DNA from: Octopus sinensis
Lineage: Eukaryota
DNA length: 64,000 nucleotides
Assembly: GCF_006345805.1 (NCBI RefSeq)
Contig: NC_042998.1
Coordinates: 151,528,001 to 151,592,000, forward strand
Reading direction: 5' to 3'
A model generated the notes under the pieces. The model worked only from the letters and a program-made list of their open reading frames with translations, was not told where the DNA came from and searched no databases. Made by a program: the position numbers and the translations under genes. Within the stretch, counting starts at the first letter, position 1; every line of letters starts with the position of its first letter. Positions 26,479 through 39,510 of this stretch are shown one piece after another.

Positions 26479-27168
26479 ACGTATGTATGTACATAAGTAT
26501 GTATATACTCATATATATGCTCATACGCATGTATATATGTAACTTTCTCTCTCTTTATTATGCATCTCTCTCTCTCTCTCGCTGAGTATATATCCATCTC
26601 TTTGTTTTTATGTTTATTTTAACGCCTCTTATGTGTTTGTGTGTGTGCGCGCGCGCTTCTCTGCGTGTTTAAACATGTGTGTATGTCTCTAAGAGCACAA
26701 TATGTCTGGGATGTACCCAAATCACCAAGAGTCCAATGTTTGGATCTGAGATCCATTTATTATATCTTATATTTGATCTTCTGCTATAAGATTGTGTTGA
26801 TAATGGCGAGTTCATGCCTCACTCTGAGAGGAAGAAGTATGCTGCCATTGCTCACATTCATCACTCAATCCCAGTTTTTTCGTCCCTATCGATGTTTGCA
26901 ATAAAATCTCCCCCATCCAGATTAAAATGTTGTTTGTGTAAGCAAAACAAGAAAGTTTCTTCGCTAATGTTCAAAATGCTTGTTTTTAAAGTTACAACAT
27001 TTAATTTCCTTGTAATACAAAAATTGCATCAACTGTTGCCTCGTCCTTGCCTTTAAATAAATATTCCAGTACATTTGTGGTTTGTCTACATCCTCTTTTT
27101 AAGGCTCTATACCATATTAGACAAAGATAGTGCATGTATATTACATACCTATGCACATATATTTATAT

Positions 27169-28318
27169 ACTAGCATTATGACCCGTCGTTGCTGGGTCAT
27201 AGTGCTAGTGCATGTATATATGTGTATATATATGTGTACATATTACATGTACATCTATATATATACACATAAAATACAAAATACATAGTTATATCTTGAT
27301 ATCGCTAGTGATAACAATACTCAAAATATATAACAGACTGGAATTGTAGGCCTGTCTCTTGCAATTTCGATCAATTGTATCTTGTCCTCCCTCGTGTATA
27401 GAAGTGTGGCTACAATCCAGCCTACCTCTACTTCGGGGGGGGGGGCATTTTAAATTTTTATCCGGCACGTCATACGTCCCAGATATAAAGGTTAAAATAA
27501 AATATTTCCACTTTGCAAGTTCGAGTCGAGTGCTCCATTGCACGCTCCGTTGACTCGAACCTTGCTTCTATTGTGGCGAATTCACCGCCTCTGGTTAGAT
27601 ATCTTTCATAGTCGCACCAAGACACTTTTTGATGGTGCTTTGCTCAAGGTGTTCACATCTTATTTTTTATCTACATTGTATACTTTATAGACAATAGTCT
27701 TTTCTTTAATTTAATTTTTTATTATCCATCTGGACTATTCCACTTCTGCACGCTAATTTTATTTTTAATTTATTCCCATTAAGTCATTGATGCAATTTTA
27801 TACCAATTGCTATTTTTACTTTTGTTATGTTACGATTATATTATACTTTAGTTTGATTTTAATTATTACTTACTACATATAATTTAATTGTTATTATTAT
27901 TTTTATTGCTAAAGTGAAAGTATCTGACATAAAATAGAGAAATGTTTTTGTTTCACTTTTAACACGTAATACTGAAATAGTGGAGAAGATATGATATTGC
28001 TATGGGCTCGCTCTAGGCAATAAATTGAGCATTTTTTTCTCATGAAACTACATGGACCCTAAGTAAGGCATGTGTAAAATTTGAATGAAATTGGTTGTGT
28101 AGTTCTCAAGTTTTAGGGAATCGTAGTCGAGAAGATATGATATTGCTGTGGGCTCGCCCTAGGCAAAAAGTTAAAAACATTTTTTGCCGATGACACTTCC
28201 CGGACCCTAAGTAAGGCATGTGTAAAATTTGAATGAAATTGGTTGTGTAGTTCTTAAGTTTTAGGGAATCACACAGACAGACAGACAGATACACATTCTC
28301 AGTTTTATATATATAGAG
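27169..28318 (+). mobile_element. Non-autonomous Helitron/Helentron-like (DINE-1/Lep1-type) element pieces
   Basis: 5' ACTAGC... 16-bp hairpin (27169-27209), 146-bp tandem duplication (27983-28128 / 28129-28270), (ACAG)n, and a TTTTATATATATAGAG end. Whether the middle belongs to the element is unknown. Confidence 0.5.
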
Positions 28319-28491
28319 ATATGTATGTATGTATGTATGTATGTATTTATGTATGTATGTATGTATGTATGTATGTATGTATGTATGTATGTATGTATGT
28401 ATGTTTGCATGTATGAATGCATGTATGTATATAACAATGTATATTGGTAGTCATTTGCTGCTCCTACTCCGCTTGCATTATTATTATTATT

Positions 28492-28952
28492 GAGTGAGCG
28501 AGCAGAGCATGCCATCAAAGTGACACTGGGGTAAAATATACGAAGCCCAGTATACCCATCATGACTAACCGTCTGATAAGGGTACACCAGGCACATGCAT
28601 CACAACCATATGTGCACGACATGGTGATCTCATATCAAGATAAACAGCACATGACCTTGCAGGTGGAGCCCAGTTAGAATTTTCTTCAGATCGAGTAACC
28701 CATCCCGCTCAAAAGGTCCCTGAATAAGGGTTATTTAAGGACGTTGAACGAAACACCCATGTTTCCAGAGGTGAATCATTCAAACCCCAAAGAATCCTTC
28801 TCAACACATGGCTATTATGCTCCCCCACTACTTCTGCTCGTGATCAGAGATGCACATATCGTCAGCCACTAAGGGACATGCTCAACTGGTTAAGGTCAAA
28901 CAACTGACAAGCAAATCTGTGGTATTGAGCAGAATATTTGCTGTAGCCCATC
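28492..28952. mobile_element. 461-bp non-coding interspersed repeat flanked on both sides by (TTA)n
   Basis: Sharp boundaries against TTA arrays (28478-28491 and 28953-29033); no coding capacity recognised. Repeat status is inferred from context. Confidence 0.6.
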
Positions 28953-28968
28953 TTTATTATTATTATTA

Positions 28969-29033
<65 letters not shown>

Positions 29034-32000
29034 GTCATTTACTTTTAATCTGCATGTTTGATGCAATCACTTGCCGGAGCACACCCAGCGCCCTAGGGCA
29101 AGTGAAGGTTAAGAGTTGTTGAAATATAGCTGAAAGCTTGGGGAGGGGAAGTAGAGAAATATCTCCATGTAATACAAACACAAACATTTACATTGATAGG
29201 GTTTTTCTAAGGATGTGGGCAGTACTTGTTAGCACAATCTTTTGGATTTCCTTGAGACATAACAGGAACAGTTTTTGTTTTAAGATTCCACATCTTTTGT
29301 ATTTCGATTTCCAGGTCCTTATATTTACTAAGTTTGTCAAATTCCTTTACAGATACATTTTTATCAGTGGGGACGCTTACCTCTATTAGTCTGCAGGTAT
29401 TTTCTTCCCTGTCTTTAACAATTATGTCTGGTCGATTAGCCTTGATCGTTCTGTCAGTGTTGACTGGAAAATCCCAGAGGATGGTGACATTTTTACCTTC
29501 AACAACTGTCTGAGGATAGTGTTCATACCAGTTAGCAGGAGTGCCGAATTTGTAGTGTTTACATATCTTCCAATGCATATACTATACTACCCTATCGTGG
29601 CGATTTTTGTATTCGTTTGGTGTCAGCACAGGACATCCCGACACGAGATGGTCTATTGTTTCGTCAAATGTGTCGCAGAATCTGCATTTAGGGTCAGTAC
29701 CGTTTCGGAGAACGTTAGCCTGGTAATTTCTGGTAAACAAGCATTGATCTTGTGCTGCCAGTATGAAGCCTTCAGTCTCTGCTTTCAATCCAGAACTCTT
29801 CAGCCACTGATGGGTTGTTGCTTGGTCTACATCAGCATATTGGCTTCGGAGAATATATTGTCCATGCAGGGGCTTCTGGATCCACCGCCTCTCAATTTGA
29901 TTCTGCCCGTTCTTTTTTGCAGTCTGCTTGATTCGCTTTGCTTGCTTGGTAGCAGTGGTTTCCGGCTCTTCATCTGATTCAAGGTTAATGTCTAGTTCCC
30001 TTTCGAACTTATAAGCTTCCTTGACAATAGAATGCAGCTTTTTGCTGCTTTCGTGTTCGCACACAAGTCGCAGCATCCAGTCCTTTGTACAAGATAGGTA
30101 CCTGTTCATTCCTACAGTAGAGGTCTTATAGCACAGCTCTAATTGCATCATTCCTCTCCCCCCGCTGCTTCTAGGTAGGTACAGGCGGTCTACATCTGCC
30201 TTAGTGTGGTGCATGTTCTTGGATGTCAGTAATTTTCTTGTCTTCCTGTCCAAGCGTTGGAGTTCCGTAAGTTTCCAGTTAATGATGTTAAAACTGTACT
30301 GGACTACTGGAAGTACCAGGGTGTTAATGGTCTCAATGCAATTTTTGGAGTTGAGTTCAGTCTTCAGTACAAGCCTTACTCTCCTATAGTATTCCTTTCT
30401 TATTTTTTCCTTCATAGTAGCATGATGTATACCATCTCCTTCGTTGATTCCTAGGTATTTGTAACTTTCTTGTGGGTCAAGTTCCTTGATGGTAGTGTCA
30501 ATATCTAATTTAACAGAAGCTGTTTGCCTGAGCTTGCCTCTTACAAAAGTTGCTTTAGCACACTTATCAAGGCCAAAATCCATTCCGATATCATTGCTAA
30601 ACTCTTTAACAGTTGTTAACAGCCCTTCTAGCTCTTGGTCATTCCTGGCAAACAGCTTTAGGTCGTCCATATAGAAAAGGTGGTTTATTGACTTACTAAA
30701 AACTTTGTACCCATATCTGGTACTATCCAATTCGTTTGAGAGTGGGATCAGTGCCATGCAAAAAAGTAATAGAGAGAGGGAGTCACCTTGAAAGATGCCT
30801 CGTTTGATGTTGATGCTGTTGGACTGGCTCATCCCATTACTATGGCTTAGAAAGAGACGTGTGTTCCACATGGTCTAAGAATTTTGAGACGACAGGAGAG
30901 ATCTTGTATATCTCAAGGGCCTTGAGTATCCATTTATGTGGGACACTGTCATACGCTTTCCTGTAGTCTATCCATGCCATACTCAGGTTTTTGTTTTTGC
31001 TCCGGCAATTCTCTACAATCATTCTGTTTATGAGCAATTGGTCTTTGCACCCATAAGAGTTTCTTTTACAACCTTTTTGAGCTTGTGGAAGGATAGAGTT
31101 TTGTTCAAGGAAAGCGTACATTCTCTCCGTTATTATGGATGTGAGGATTTTGTAGGTGGTGTTGAGACATGTTATTGGCCGGTAATTCTTTGGGTTTTTT
31201 GTGTCTTCGGTTTTAGGTAATAGGTAGGTGGTTCCTTCAGTCAGCCAAGCAGGTATTTGCTCTGAATGACATCAGACAGAGATGCAGCGAGATTTTCGTG
31301 TACCTCTTTCAAACAATTCAGCCAGAAGTTAGGGATCCGATCCAGTCCTGGGGTTTTCCATTTATGAGCCTTCCTAAGGACACACCTTAGCTCCTCTATT
31401 CCTATTGCTTCCCATTTCTGTTCTTCAAGTTCTTCCAGTCTCTCTTTCTCACGTTCTATCCAGTCAGCCTCAGCATTAAACTCTTTTTCGTTGCTCCATA
31501 CCTTCTTCCAGAACTCCTCCACTTCCTCAATCTTAGGTGGATCTTCTATGTGTATTTTATTTTTGCCAATTTCCCTATAAAATTTCTTTGCATCTGTCTT
31601 AAAAAATTTATTTTGTCGATGAAATTTGTTTCTTTTGTCATACCTTCTAAGCCGTTGGGCTTTCAACTGTATTCGTTGTTTCAACAGTTCCTTAGTTGCA
31701 GGGAGGTTTATGAGATCTTTGATTTTATATTTTTGCTTGATTTTTCTAGCTTTTCTCGACTTAATATTCACTCCTCTAGCAAGCTCATCGAGAACTGAAA
31801 CATCCGCCCGCAGAGATTCAATCTCTTTTTGTATTGCTACTTTCCACTTATGAGGTTCATTGACATGCCTGGCCTTTTTCTTTGTCATCTTAATACCTAG
31901 TTGGGTAGTTACTACTTTAGCAGTGGAATAAATGAGATTATTTAAGGTTGTCAGATCATTCCCCTTATTTCTTAAGATCTGTCCTAGGGCAACGTTATAT

Positions 32001-33000
32001 GTCATGATTGTGTTGTTATTTCTTGTGCCGTTTGAAAACTTTGGTAGCGGTTCTCTATTAACCATGTCAGTGAGCTCAATCTTGCCGAGTTCTCTCATAA
32101 TGTCCACTTTTGCTTCCATAATCTTTTCTCTATTATTCACCTCAAATTCTATGTCATATCTATTTTGGTTTTCTTGAGGAAGGTCTACGTTCTCCTCTTT
32201 TTTCAAATCTCTCGTCTTCGCTATTCTTTGTTTAACTTCCCCATTGGGAAGTTGATTTACCGCTTGTACACTGGCTTCTGTGCTACTGTTACCTATTTTG
32301 TCTACATTGTTGCTGTTTTCTTTTGGTCTATCAAGAGTGTCCTAATTTGGTCAATTTCAGCGTCAGTTAGTCTTTTGTTTTTAATTATATCTCTGCGTAC
32401 ATTACTTAATTTATTTGCGTCTGTATATCTACGTACTTCATTGCCTACTGAATTTCTCCATGAGATGTATGTTTGTACGCTGAGGTTATTGTTTGGGTTT
32501 AGTTGGGCTGTATAAAAAGCTTTCAACACATCTATATAGTCCTCTCTGGTCCATTTTATACGTTTTGCTTTAGGTGGTGTCACTCCAAGTCCAGAGTTAG
32601 AAGCATTCTGGTTCTGGTCACCTGGTAGATCGTCTTTTTAAGAGTTTGTTTCAGCAGCAAACTTTTCGACCCCAGTCTGGTTCCCTAATTGGTAACACGG
32701 TCCTTGTTGTCCCGGGCGATGACCGATCCGGCATGATTTTTGGCTTGTTTTCATTAAATGATTGACGGCGACATCAGAGGGGTTCATTTTTTCTGAGTCA
32801 ACTTTTTGACAAGGCGCCAGTTCTGTGACGGTGACGTTAGAAGAAGGGACTGTTTGTATAGGGTCAACTTTTTGACAAGACACCGCTTCTGAATTCTCCG
32901 AATTAATATATTGTTCATATCGAACTCGCATAAGACTTACAGATCGAAATTCGCCTCTATTTCTTTTGGTAGACATGTTTCCGGGCATAACTGTTCAGTG
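29034..33000 (-). mobile_element. Near full-length R4/Dong non-LTR retrotransposon (RT, CCHC, REL endonuclease), frameshifted
   Basis: N-terminal KRIKWTREDY; KWKTPGLDRIPNFWL; AQKGC...AWIDYRKAYDSVPH; RGIFQGDSLS, HLFYMDDLKL; LKAETEG; CRFC...ETIDHLVSGC; RPDIIV; KYKDL. 3' UTR abuts (TAA)n at 29033. 5' boundary uncertain (32780-33135). Confidence 0.93.
29582..30871 (-). pseudogene. Longest intact R4/Dong ORF segment (RT domains 4-7, thumb, zinc knuckle; 429 aa)
   Basis: ORF track 29582-30871 with QGDSLS, YMDD and CRFC..ETIDHLVSGC. Confidence 0.9.
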
Positions 33001-33627
33001 ACGTTCTAAATTCAGTGACCAATTTGCTCTTTTTTTGCGTTTGTTCGTGAAAAATCGCTTTGTTTTTGTTTTGTTTTCGTCCGCATAACGTGGTTTTTCT
33101 TTCTGTGTGTACGTGTGAGCGCGTCTAAGCATTATTTATGCTTTATAATTAAAATGTGTACGTGTATGCATAAACAGCTGCACGTATACTTATTTAATTA
33201 ATTAATTAATCAACCAATTTACGTACTTACTGTCTTTCAAGAGCTCTGATGTTTGTTTCTATTTTTTATGCATGTCACATGGAAATATTATTCATAAAAG
33301 AAAGAAAACCATACTATATATGGCAATAAGAGTTCGGACTTTTTAGTTACTTTGCCTTAAAAGAAAATTTGGAAAATATATTTTGTGGACCCTTTCTTCC
33401 ATTGCAACGATGTTGTTGGATTAAATTCGTTTTTTTGGAGAGAGGCTCCCAGGGAACATCCATGTTGTTATTCAGCCCGGAGCTCTATTCTTCTTCTTCT
33501 TCTTCTTCTTCTCTTCTTTCTTCTCCTCCTCCTCTCTCCTCCTCCTCTTCTTCTTCTCTTCTTCTTCTTCTTCTTTTCTTCTTCTTCTTCTTCTTCTTTT
33601 ATTCTTCTTCTTCTTATTATATTATTA

Positions 33628-33675
<48 letters not shown>

Positions 33676-34127
33676 CATCATTATTATTATTATTATTATC
33701 ATTTTGTTGTATTGTTATTATTATAATTATTATTATTGTTGTTGTTGTTGTTCTTGTTGTTGTTATTATTATTATATGCGTCTGTATATCTGAGTTTCAA
33801 TATGCAAATGTGTGTGTACACATGCCAGTGTGTATATGTGTATCTATAAATATATTTGTGAATGCACATATATTTATGTATATATTGCACATAGACACGC
33901 ACATGCATACATATACTCATAGAAGTGTATATATGCACGTATGTGTGTACATCTGTGTGTATGAGAAATATACAGCTATAAGAAATAGGTGTATGTTTTT
34001 ATGCGTGTGTTTGTAATGTCTGAGAGGTTGTTTTTGTGTAGTAGCTAAAAGCTAAATAAATAAAACACAAGAAATCGTTAAATCATTCACTCATTGTCTT
34101 TAAAAAAATAAAAACAAAGACTTTGCA

Positions 34128-34184
<57 letters not shown>

Positions 34185-34471
34185 CGACGGAAAAGTAATT
34201 CCAAAACCTCACCAGAAACCAAACCAAAACCAAAAAAAAAATGAATCAGTTCCTGTGTAAACTGGCCATTAAAACGTAGACAGCGTTGAATTAATTCTAA
34301 GAATTCTGTCAAAACCACTCCGCCCCGCCTCACTCTCCCAACAATCGCAGATTTATAGAAGCAGCTCCAGCAATGTCTTATTGTTGCAGCATTGTTGCAG
34401 TGAACTTTGCCGTGTGAGTCGACAACATCACCGGCAATATTATCTATCTATTTATCCATATCTGTCCATCC

Positions 34472-34545
<74 letters not shown>

Positions 34546-34548
34546 TAA

Positions 34549-34626
<78 letters not shown>

Positions 34627-35038
34627 AATTGAGATAGGGGTTGTAAATGCAACCCTCCATGGGATAACATATATCCAATATACTGCTAGTGAAGTACCCA
34701 ACAAAGTTAATACATAAATGTTAATGATTGCGATGCAATTAATTCATTTACTGTATTATATGGGCAAAGGTAAAATGATTTACCACAGATTACTAATACA
34801 AGATAAGAAAATGGAGAAATGCATCTAAATCAAATATCAATTACCAGATAATACTCAATCACATACTTTATTAAACCACCACATAAGAGACTGTAGGGTT
34901 AAATATAAAAAGCAGAACAAATCAGTGTACATAAAGGAATGTACATAAAAAAGTGTACATAAAAGAGCAATGTTGTACGTAGAATATATATATAAGAGAA
35001 TATAAATATAAGTAAATATAAATGTAAGTATAGATTAC

Positions 35039-35165
35039 ATCTTACAGCTGTTTCGGCCATGTAGATAAGTATGTCTCATTTTACCAATATTAGCACTTTA
35101 TGGTTGGTCAATATATAGATATAAATGAGACATTTACAAAAATATCATAAGGCCTCTTCGGAGAT
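35039..35165 (-). ncRNA. Type I hammerhead (U4C core, long stem II) in the left arm
   Basis: Reverse complement of the 35656-35782 motif. Confidence 0.7.
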
Positions 35166-35655
35166 TATGTAATATAAATCAGTCTACATATATACCCACA
35201 TGGGTATATATTTTCCTATGTCATAAGGAAAATTACTAATTGGAACCCGGACATACATATATACCGCTCTGGATCCTAATGTAAGCGTTATTAATAATAT
35301 TATGAATGATAATAATAGTAACATTAATGATATAGACAACGATAATGATGCTAACTTTAATGACACTTTAGAAATTATTATGAAGTAATATAATGTACAA
35401 TTGACTATGTATATTTGCATCTAGATACTAATTTGTGTATGTTTATTATCACAATATTAAGTCGAAAAACTGAGACATTGAATGTGGAATACATATATAT
35501 GTTTACTAATTTATATTATTTATTTATATCATTATGTATATGTATATTTTTATATGTATAAGAGTGTGAATACATGCACTCATATGTATATGTTGTATTA
35601 TGGGTATGCACCCACACCCATGTGGGTATATATGTAGACTGATTTATATTACATA

Positions 35656-35782
35656 ATCTCCGAAGAGGCCTTATGATATTTTTGTAAATGTCTCATTTAT
35701 ATCTTTATATTGACCAACCATAAAGGGCTAATATTGGTAAAATGAGACATACTTATCTACATGGCCGAAACAGCTGTAAGAT
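35656..35782 (+). ncRNA. Type I hammerhead (U4C core, long stem II) in the right arm
   Basis: Stem I ATCT/AGAT; core CCGAAGA; stem II GGCC/GGCC enclosing ATGTCTCATTT/AAATGAGACAT; GAAAC; palindromic ACAGCTGT; GUA cleavage after 35778. Confidence 0.7.
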
Positions 35783-36009
35783 GTAATCTATACTTATATT
35801 TATATTCTCTTTTATATATATTCTACTTATTATACAACATTGCTCTTTTATGTACACTTTTTTATGTACATTCCTTTATGTATACTGATTTGTTCTGCTT
35901 TTTATATTTAACCCTACAGTCTCTTATGTGGTTGTTTAATAAAGTATGTGATTGAGTATTATCTGGTAATTGATATTTGATTTAGATGTATTTCTCCATT
36001 TTCTTATCT

Positions 36010-36068
<59 letters not shown>

Positions 36069-36629
36069 ATTCGTTGCTAAACCCTTTATTGCTTAGTATA
36101 TATATATATGTATATATTATATATATATATACATACATACATATATACACATACATACATATATGTATATCACCGACAGCATTGGTTTAAGCTGGCTCAG
36201 CACATTGTCGTGCGCATTGTCGTGCGCACTGTTGTGCATAGATGAATTCAAGATGTGTGTATGTATGCGTGTGCATATATACTTGTTTGCGTGTGTGTAT
36301 ATATATACATGGATAAATTATATAATATATATATATATATATATACATATATATACACACATATGTACGTATGGTATATATGTATATATAGGTATAGTTA
36401 TAGCTTATACATACACTCACTGATACATACATACATACATACATACATAATACATACATACATACATACATATACGTGTATCCACACACACATGTATTGG
36501 GAGAGAGAGAGTGAGAGAGACAGAGACAGAGAAAGAAAGAGATAGGTAGATAAATAGATAGACAAATAGATAGATAGAGGGAGGAAGGGAAGGAGAGGGA
36601 TAAAAAGAGTGAGATATGTATATGTAGAG

Positions 36630-36895
36630 AGATCCAACCTTCGGTCATAAATGACCCTGGGATTGCACCTAGATAATTGCCCACCGAGGTACGGGTCCAG
36701 GAAGGTTGTTTATGGAAGACCAACAGTCGCCCATGCATACCAGCACCCCCTCTCCACGCCACCGATGTTATCCAAGCAAAAGGCAAAGGCCTATACAGCT
36801 TGGCACCAGCGACGTCGCAACTCAAGAACAAGATAAACTACCCGGTTCGGAATCGATCTCACTACCTCATGATCTTGAGCCCCACGCTCTAACTA
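36630..36895 (-). mobile_element. tRNA-headed SINE, internally deleted
   Basis: Minus strand starts with A-box-like TAGTTAGAGCG and B-box-like GAGATCGATTCC. Confidence 0.7.
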
Positions 36896-37215
36896 TTATT
36901 TACTATTCTCCTTCGTTCCAGTCTAACGACCCTTTATGTCTGTTTTCGTTTGGTTTCTTTGTACACCTCCACTGTTGCTTTTTTGTTCCCAACTTTTATT
37001 TTAGAATTTATGGGAGCTACTGACTTTGAAGACTCATATTGTCGTTTGAATGCTCGAAATGAAGAGTAGATAGACAGCCGACAACTGATGAAGGGTCCTT
37101 TTTCTATGCTAACTTGTTCTGTTTTCCATTTTTTGTTCTTGCATTTTATGCCTACGTTTTGTATATCTATCTCTCGTGTGTATGTCATTTGCACCGTTAG
37201 TGACGTCCTGTACCC

Positions 37216-37248
<33 letters not shown>

Positions 37249-37359
37249 TATATATATATATATATATATATAGTTGAAATTTGCAGGTCAACAGACGAAG
37301 ACAGGTGTATAAACAACAATCAGGTGTATTAGTTTGACGATCGGGAAGGTGAGGAAGTC

Positions 37360-37393
37360 TTTTACGTTTCGAGCCTAAGCTCTTCAACAGAAA
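37360..37393 (-). ncRNA. Minimal hammerhead with CUGUUGA core
   Basis: Minus: TTT-CTGTTGA-A-GAGC-ttag-GCTC-GAAACGT-A-AAA. Confidence 0.65.
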
Positions 37394-37514
37394 TGAACAC
37401 GAGGAAATAAACAGAGGAGAATAAAAAAAAAACTTGTGGATTTAGCGGTTAATCATCGCATATATATTATATTATATTATTTATATATATGTGTGTGTGT
37501 GTGTATGTGTGTAT

Positions 37515-37562
<48 letters not shown>

Positions 37563-37599
37563 CATACACACACACATATAAATACACACACACACACGC

Positions 37600-37631
<32 letters not shown>

Positions 37632-37829
37632 GTGGGGTTAGAGAGTGTGAGTAACAAAGATAAAAGACCAAGGAATCCAGAATTCTAAGAATCAACTGTC
37701 AGTTTCTGGTTATAAGAAAGACATATCTTAAAATTCTTTAAAACACTGTGAGTACAGTGAGCAGAGGAGGAAAAGGAGACGGGGGAGAATTGCAGTGATT
37801 GGTTGTTGATGTAGAGGTGAAATATTGTT

Positions 37830-38028
37830 TGGAGTAGGCACAAGGTCAGAAATTTCGGGGAGAGGATAAGTTCATTATATCAACCCTTGTACTCAACTGG
37901 TACTTTTATCGACCCCGAAATGATGAAAGGTAAAGTCGACCTCGGCAGAATTTGAACTCAATAAAGACATCGAATTACCGCTAAGTATTTTGTCCAGCGT
38001 GCTAACTATTCTGCCATCTTGCCGCTTT
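37830..38028 (-). mobile_element. tRNA-SINE with a Meta-like central domain
   Basis: Minus: TGGCAGAATAGTTAGC (A box), GAGTTCAAATTCT (B box), GAGGTCGACTTTACCTTTCATCATTTCGGGGTCGATAAA. The Meta label is from recall. Confidence 0.75.
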
Positions 38029-38289
38029 AAGATAATTTCAATATATTAAGAATTAATTCATGCAATTCTACCTTTCAGAATCCAGAAATTCAGAATCCTG
38101 CTTTCCATAATCTGTGAATACGTTCCAGAGATATTTAAGCTTCTCTACATGTCTCTGTTATATTCCACTAACATGCAGAGAGGATCAATGTCTCAATATT
38201 CGCAATACTAATTCTCATCTCTGCCTTGTAGCACTCGGCAGTGAACTCATTCAGTGCATGCTAAATGTAACCTCCTGGTGAGTCAATTA

Positions 38290-38615
38290 TCTCGGTGATC
38301 AGGGTGTCTCCTCAAGTTGAGTCGCTATTTCTCTGCATTGAGAGGTTACAGCTCTGGTACTAAGAACAAGTGATAAGAATGCCGCAGGAAAGAATCACAA
38401 GACATATTCTTCAAGGCGAGCCAAGCGGCAGAAGACCTAGAGGTAGCTCAAAAGAAAGATAGTTGGATAATATCCATTGTCTCAGTTTGTTCAGTCTTAG
38501 AAATGCAACCGAAAAGTGTAATGACTGTTGTTTCTGATAGAACCCTATGGAAGATGTGCCTGAGGAGTCTACCTCCATGACGACTTCAAGAATAGTGGGC
38601 GAAGATGGATGGATA
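38290..38615 (+). mobile_element. RTE-type LINE 3' fragment ending in a GATG-type tail
   Basis: QVESLFLCIERLQL..VIRMPQERITRHILQGEPSGRRPRG; DRTLWKMCLRSLPP; ends GATGGATGGATAG. Confidence 0.7.
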
Positions 38616-39393
38616 GACGAATTATATTCACAATATGAATTAACAAGTTTAGGGGAAAGTATGGCCTTTGATATTTGACAAGAGAGAAAACTATGGCTAC
38701 GTTTTGACCTTATTGGATTTCATTAGGGACAAATTCCGCTAAATTGTTTGTTGAATAAAATGTCTCTTAGTATTTCTTCTGTGTTCAAATACCGCCGTGG
38801 TCAACTTTGCCTTTCATAGAATTTTAACCAGTAATAATCTGCATAAATAAATTGTGAAATGACCTATGAGAAAGAAATCCCAAAGCAGAGGGCATTTACT
38901 GAAGTACTTATGCCCAAATTTTGTAAATCGGAATTATCTTCTTTGAAAAAGAAGACAAAAAACAAGCTAGTGGTAAGTGTTATCCATTCTCGATGTGAAG
39001 GAAGAATAACTTCAGAAAATGTAACAATTAATTTCATAAAATAACAAATGCATATTTAAGGAAATGTTGATCTTTATTTGCAGGTAAGGCATGTTCCTGA
39101 ATTATCCAATCTCATTAGCATAGTTTACTCGTGCTTGCTTTGAACAGTCAACAACAACTGTTTTTCACATAAAGAATTACAAGTGTTTAGGTTTACAGAA
39201 ATTTGTATAATTAAGAATAAAACTCATTTTTATGCACACAATATGTTGTCACACCAAGTAGAGATATAAGACGCGTGCACGCGCACATATACAATCAAGA
39301 CTCGTGCATGCACACCTAACTTGACAGTGCATATCCTGATGGCGGTAATGAGAGTTGTAATATTAGTAGTTATTTAGTAGAGTCGTAATATTA

Positions 39394-39404
39394 GCAGCAG
39401 CAGC

Positions 39405-39484
<80 letters not shown>

Positions 39485-39510
39485 CAGCAGTAGTAGTAGT
39501 CGTAGTAGTT
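39394..39510. repeat. (AGC)/(AGT)n microsatellite
   Basis: Read directly. Confidence 0.95.

Larger units (their letters stand above)
34796..36014. repeat. Large inverted repeat: arms ~34796-35205 and ~35616-36014, spacer ~410 bp
   Basis: Arms are reverse complements with a few substitutions and indels (e.g. AAGGCCTCTTCGGAGATTATG vs CATAATCTCCGAAGAGGCCTT). Confidence 0.95.

Noticed and set aside
32638-32988. 116-aa ORF as the true R4 N-terminus, or an HDV ribozyme at the R4 5' end
   Set aside because: The ORF includes a duplicated ~25-bp motif and may be 5' UTR; no HDV-like pseudoknot could be assembled by eye.
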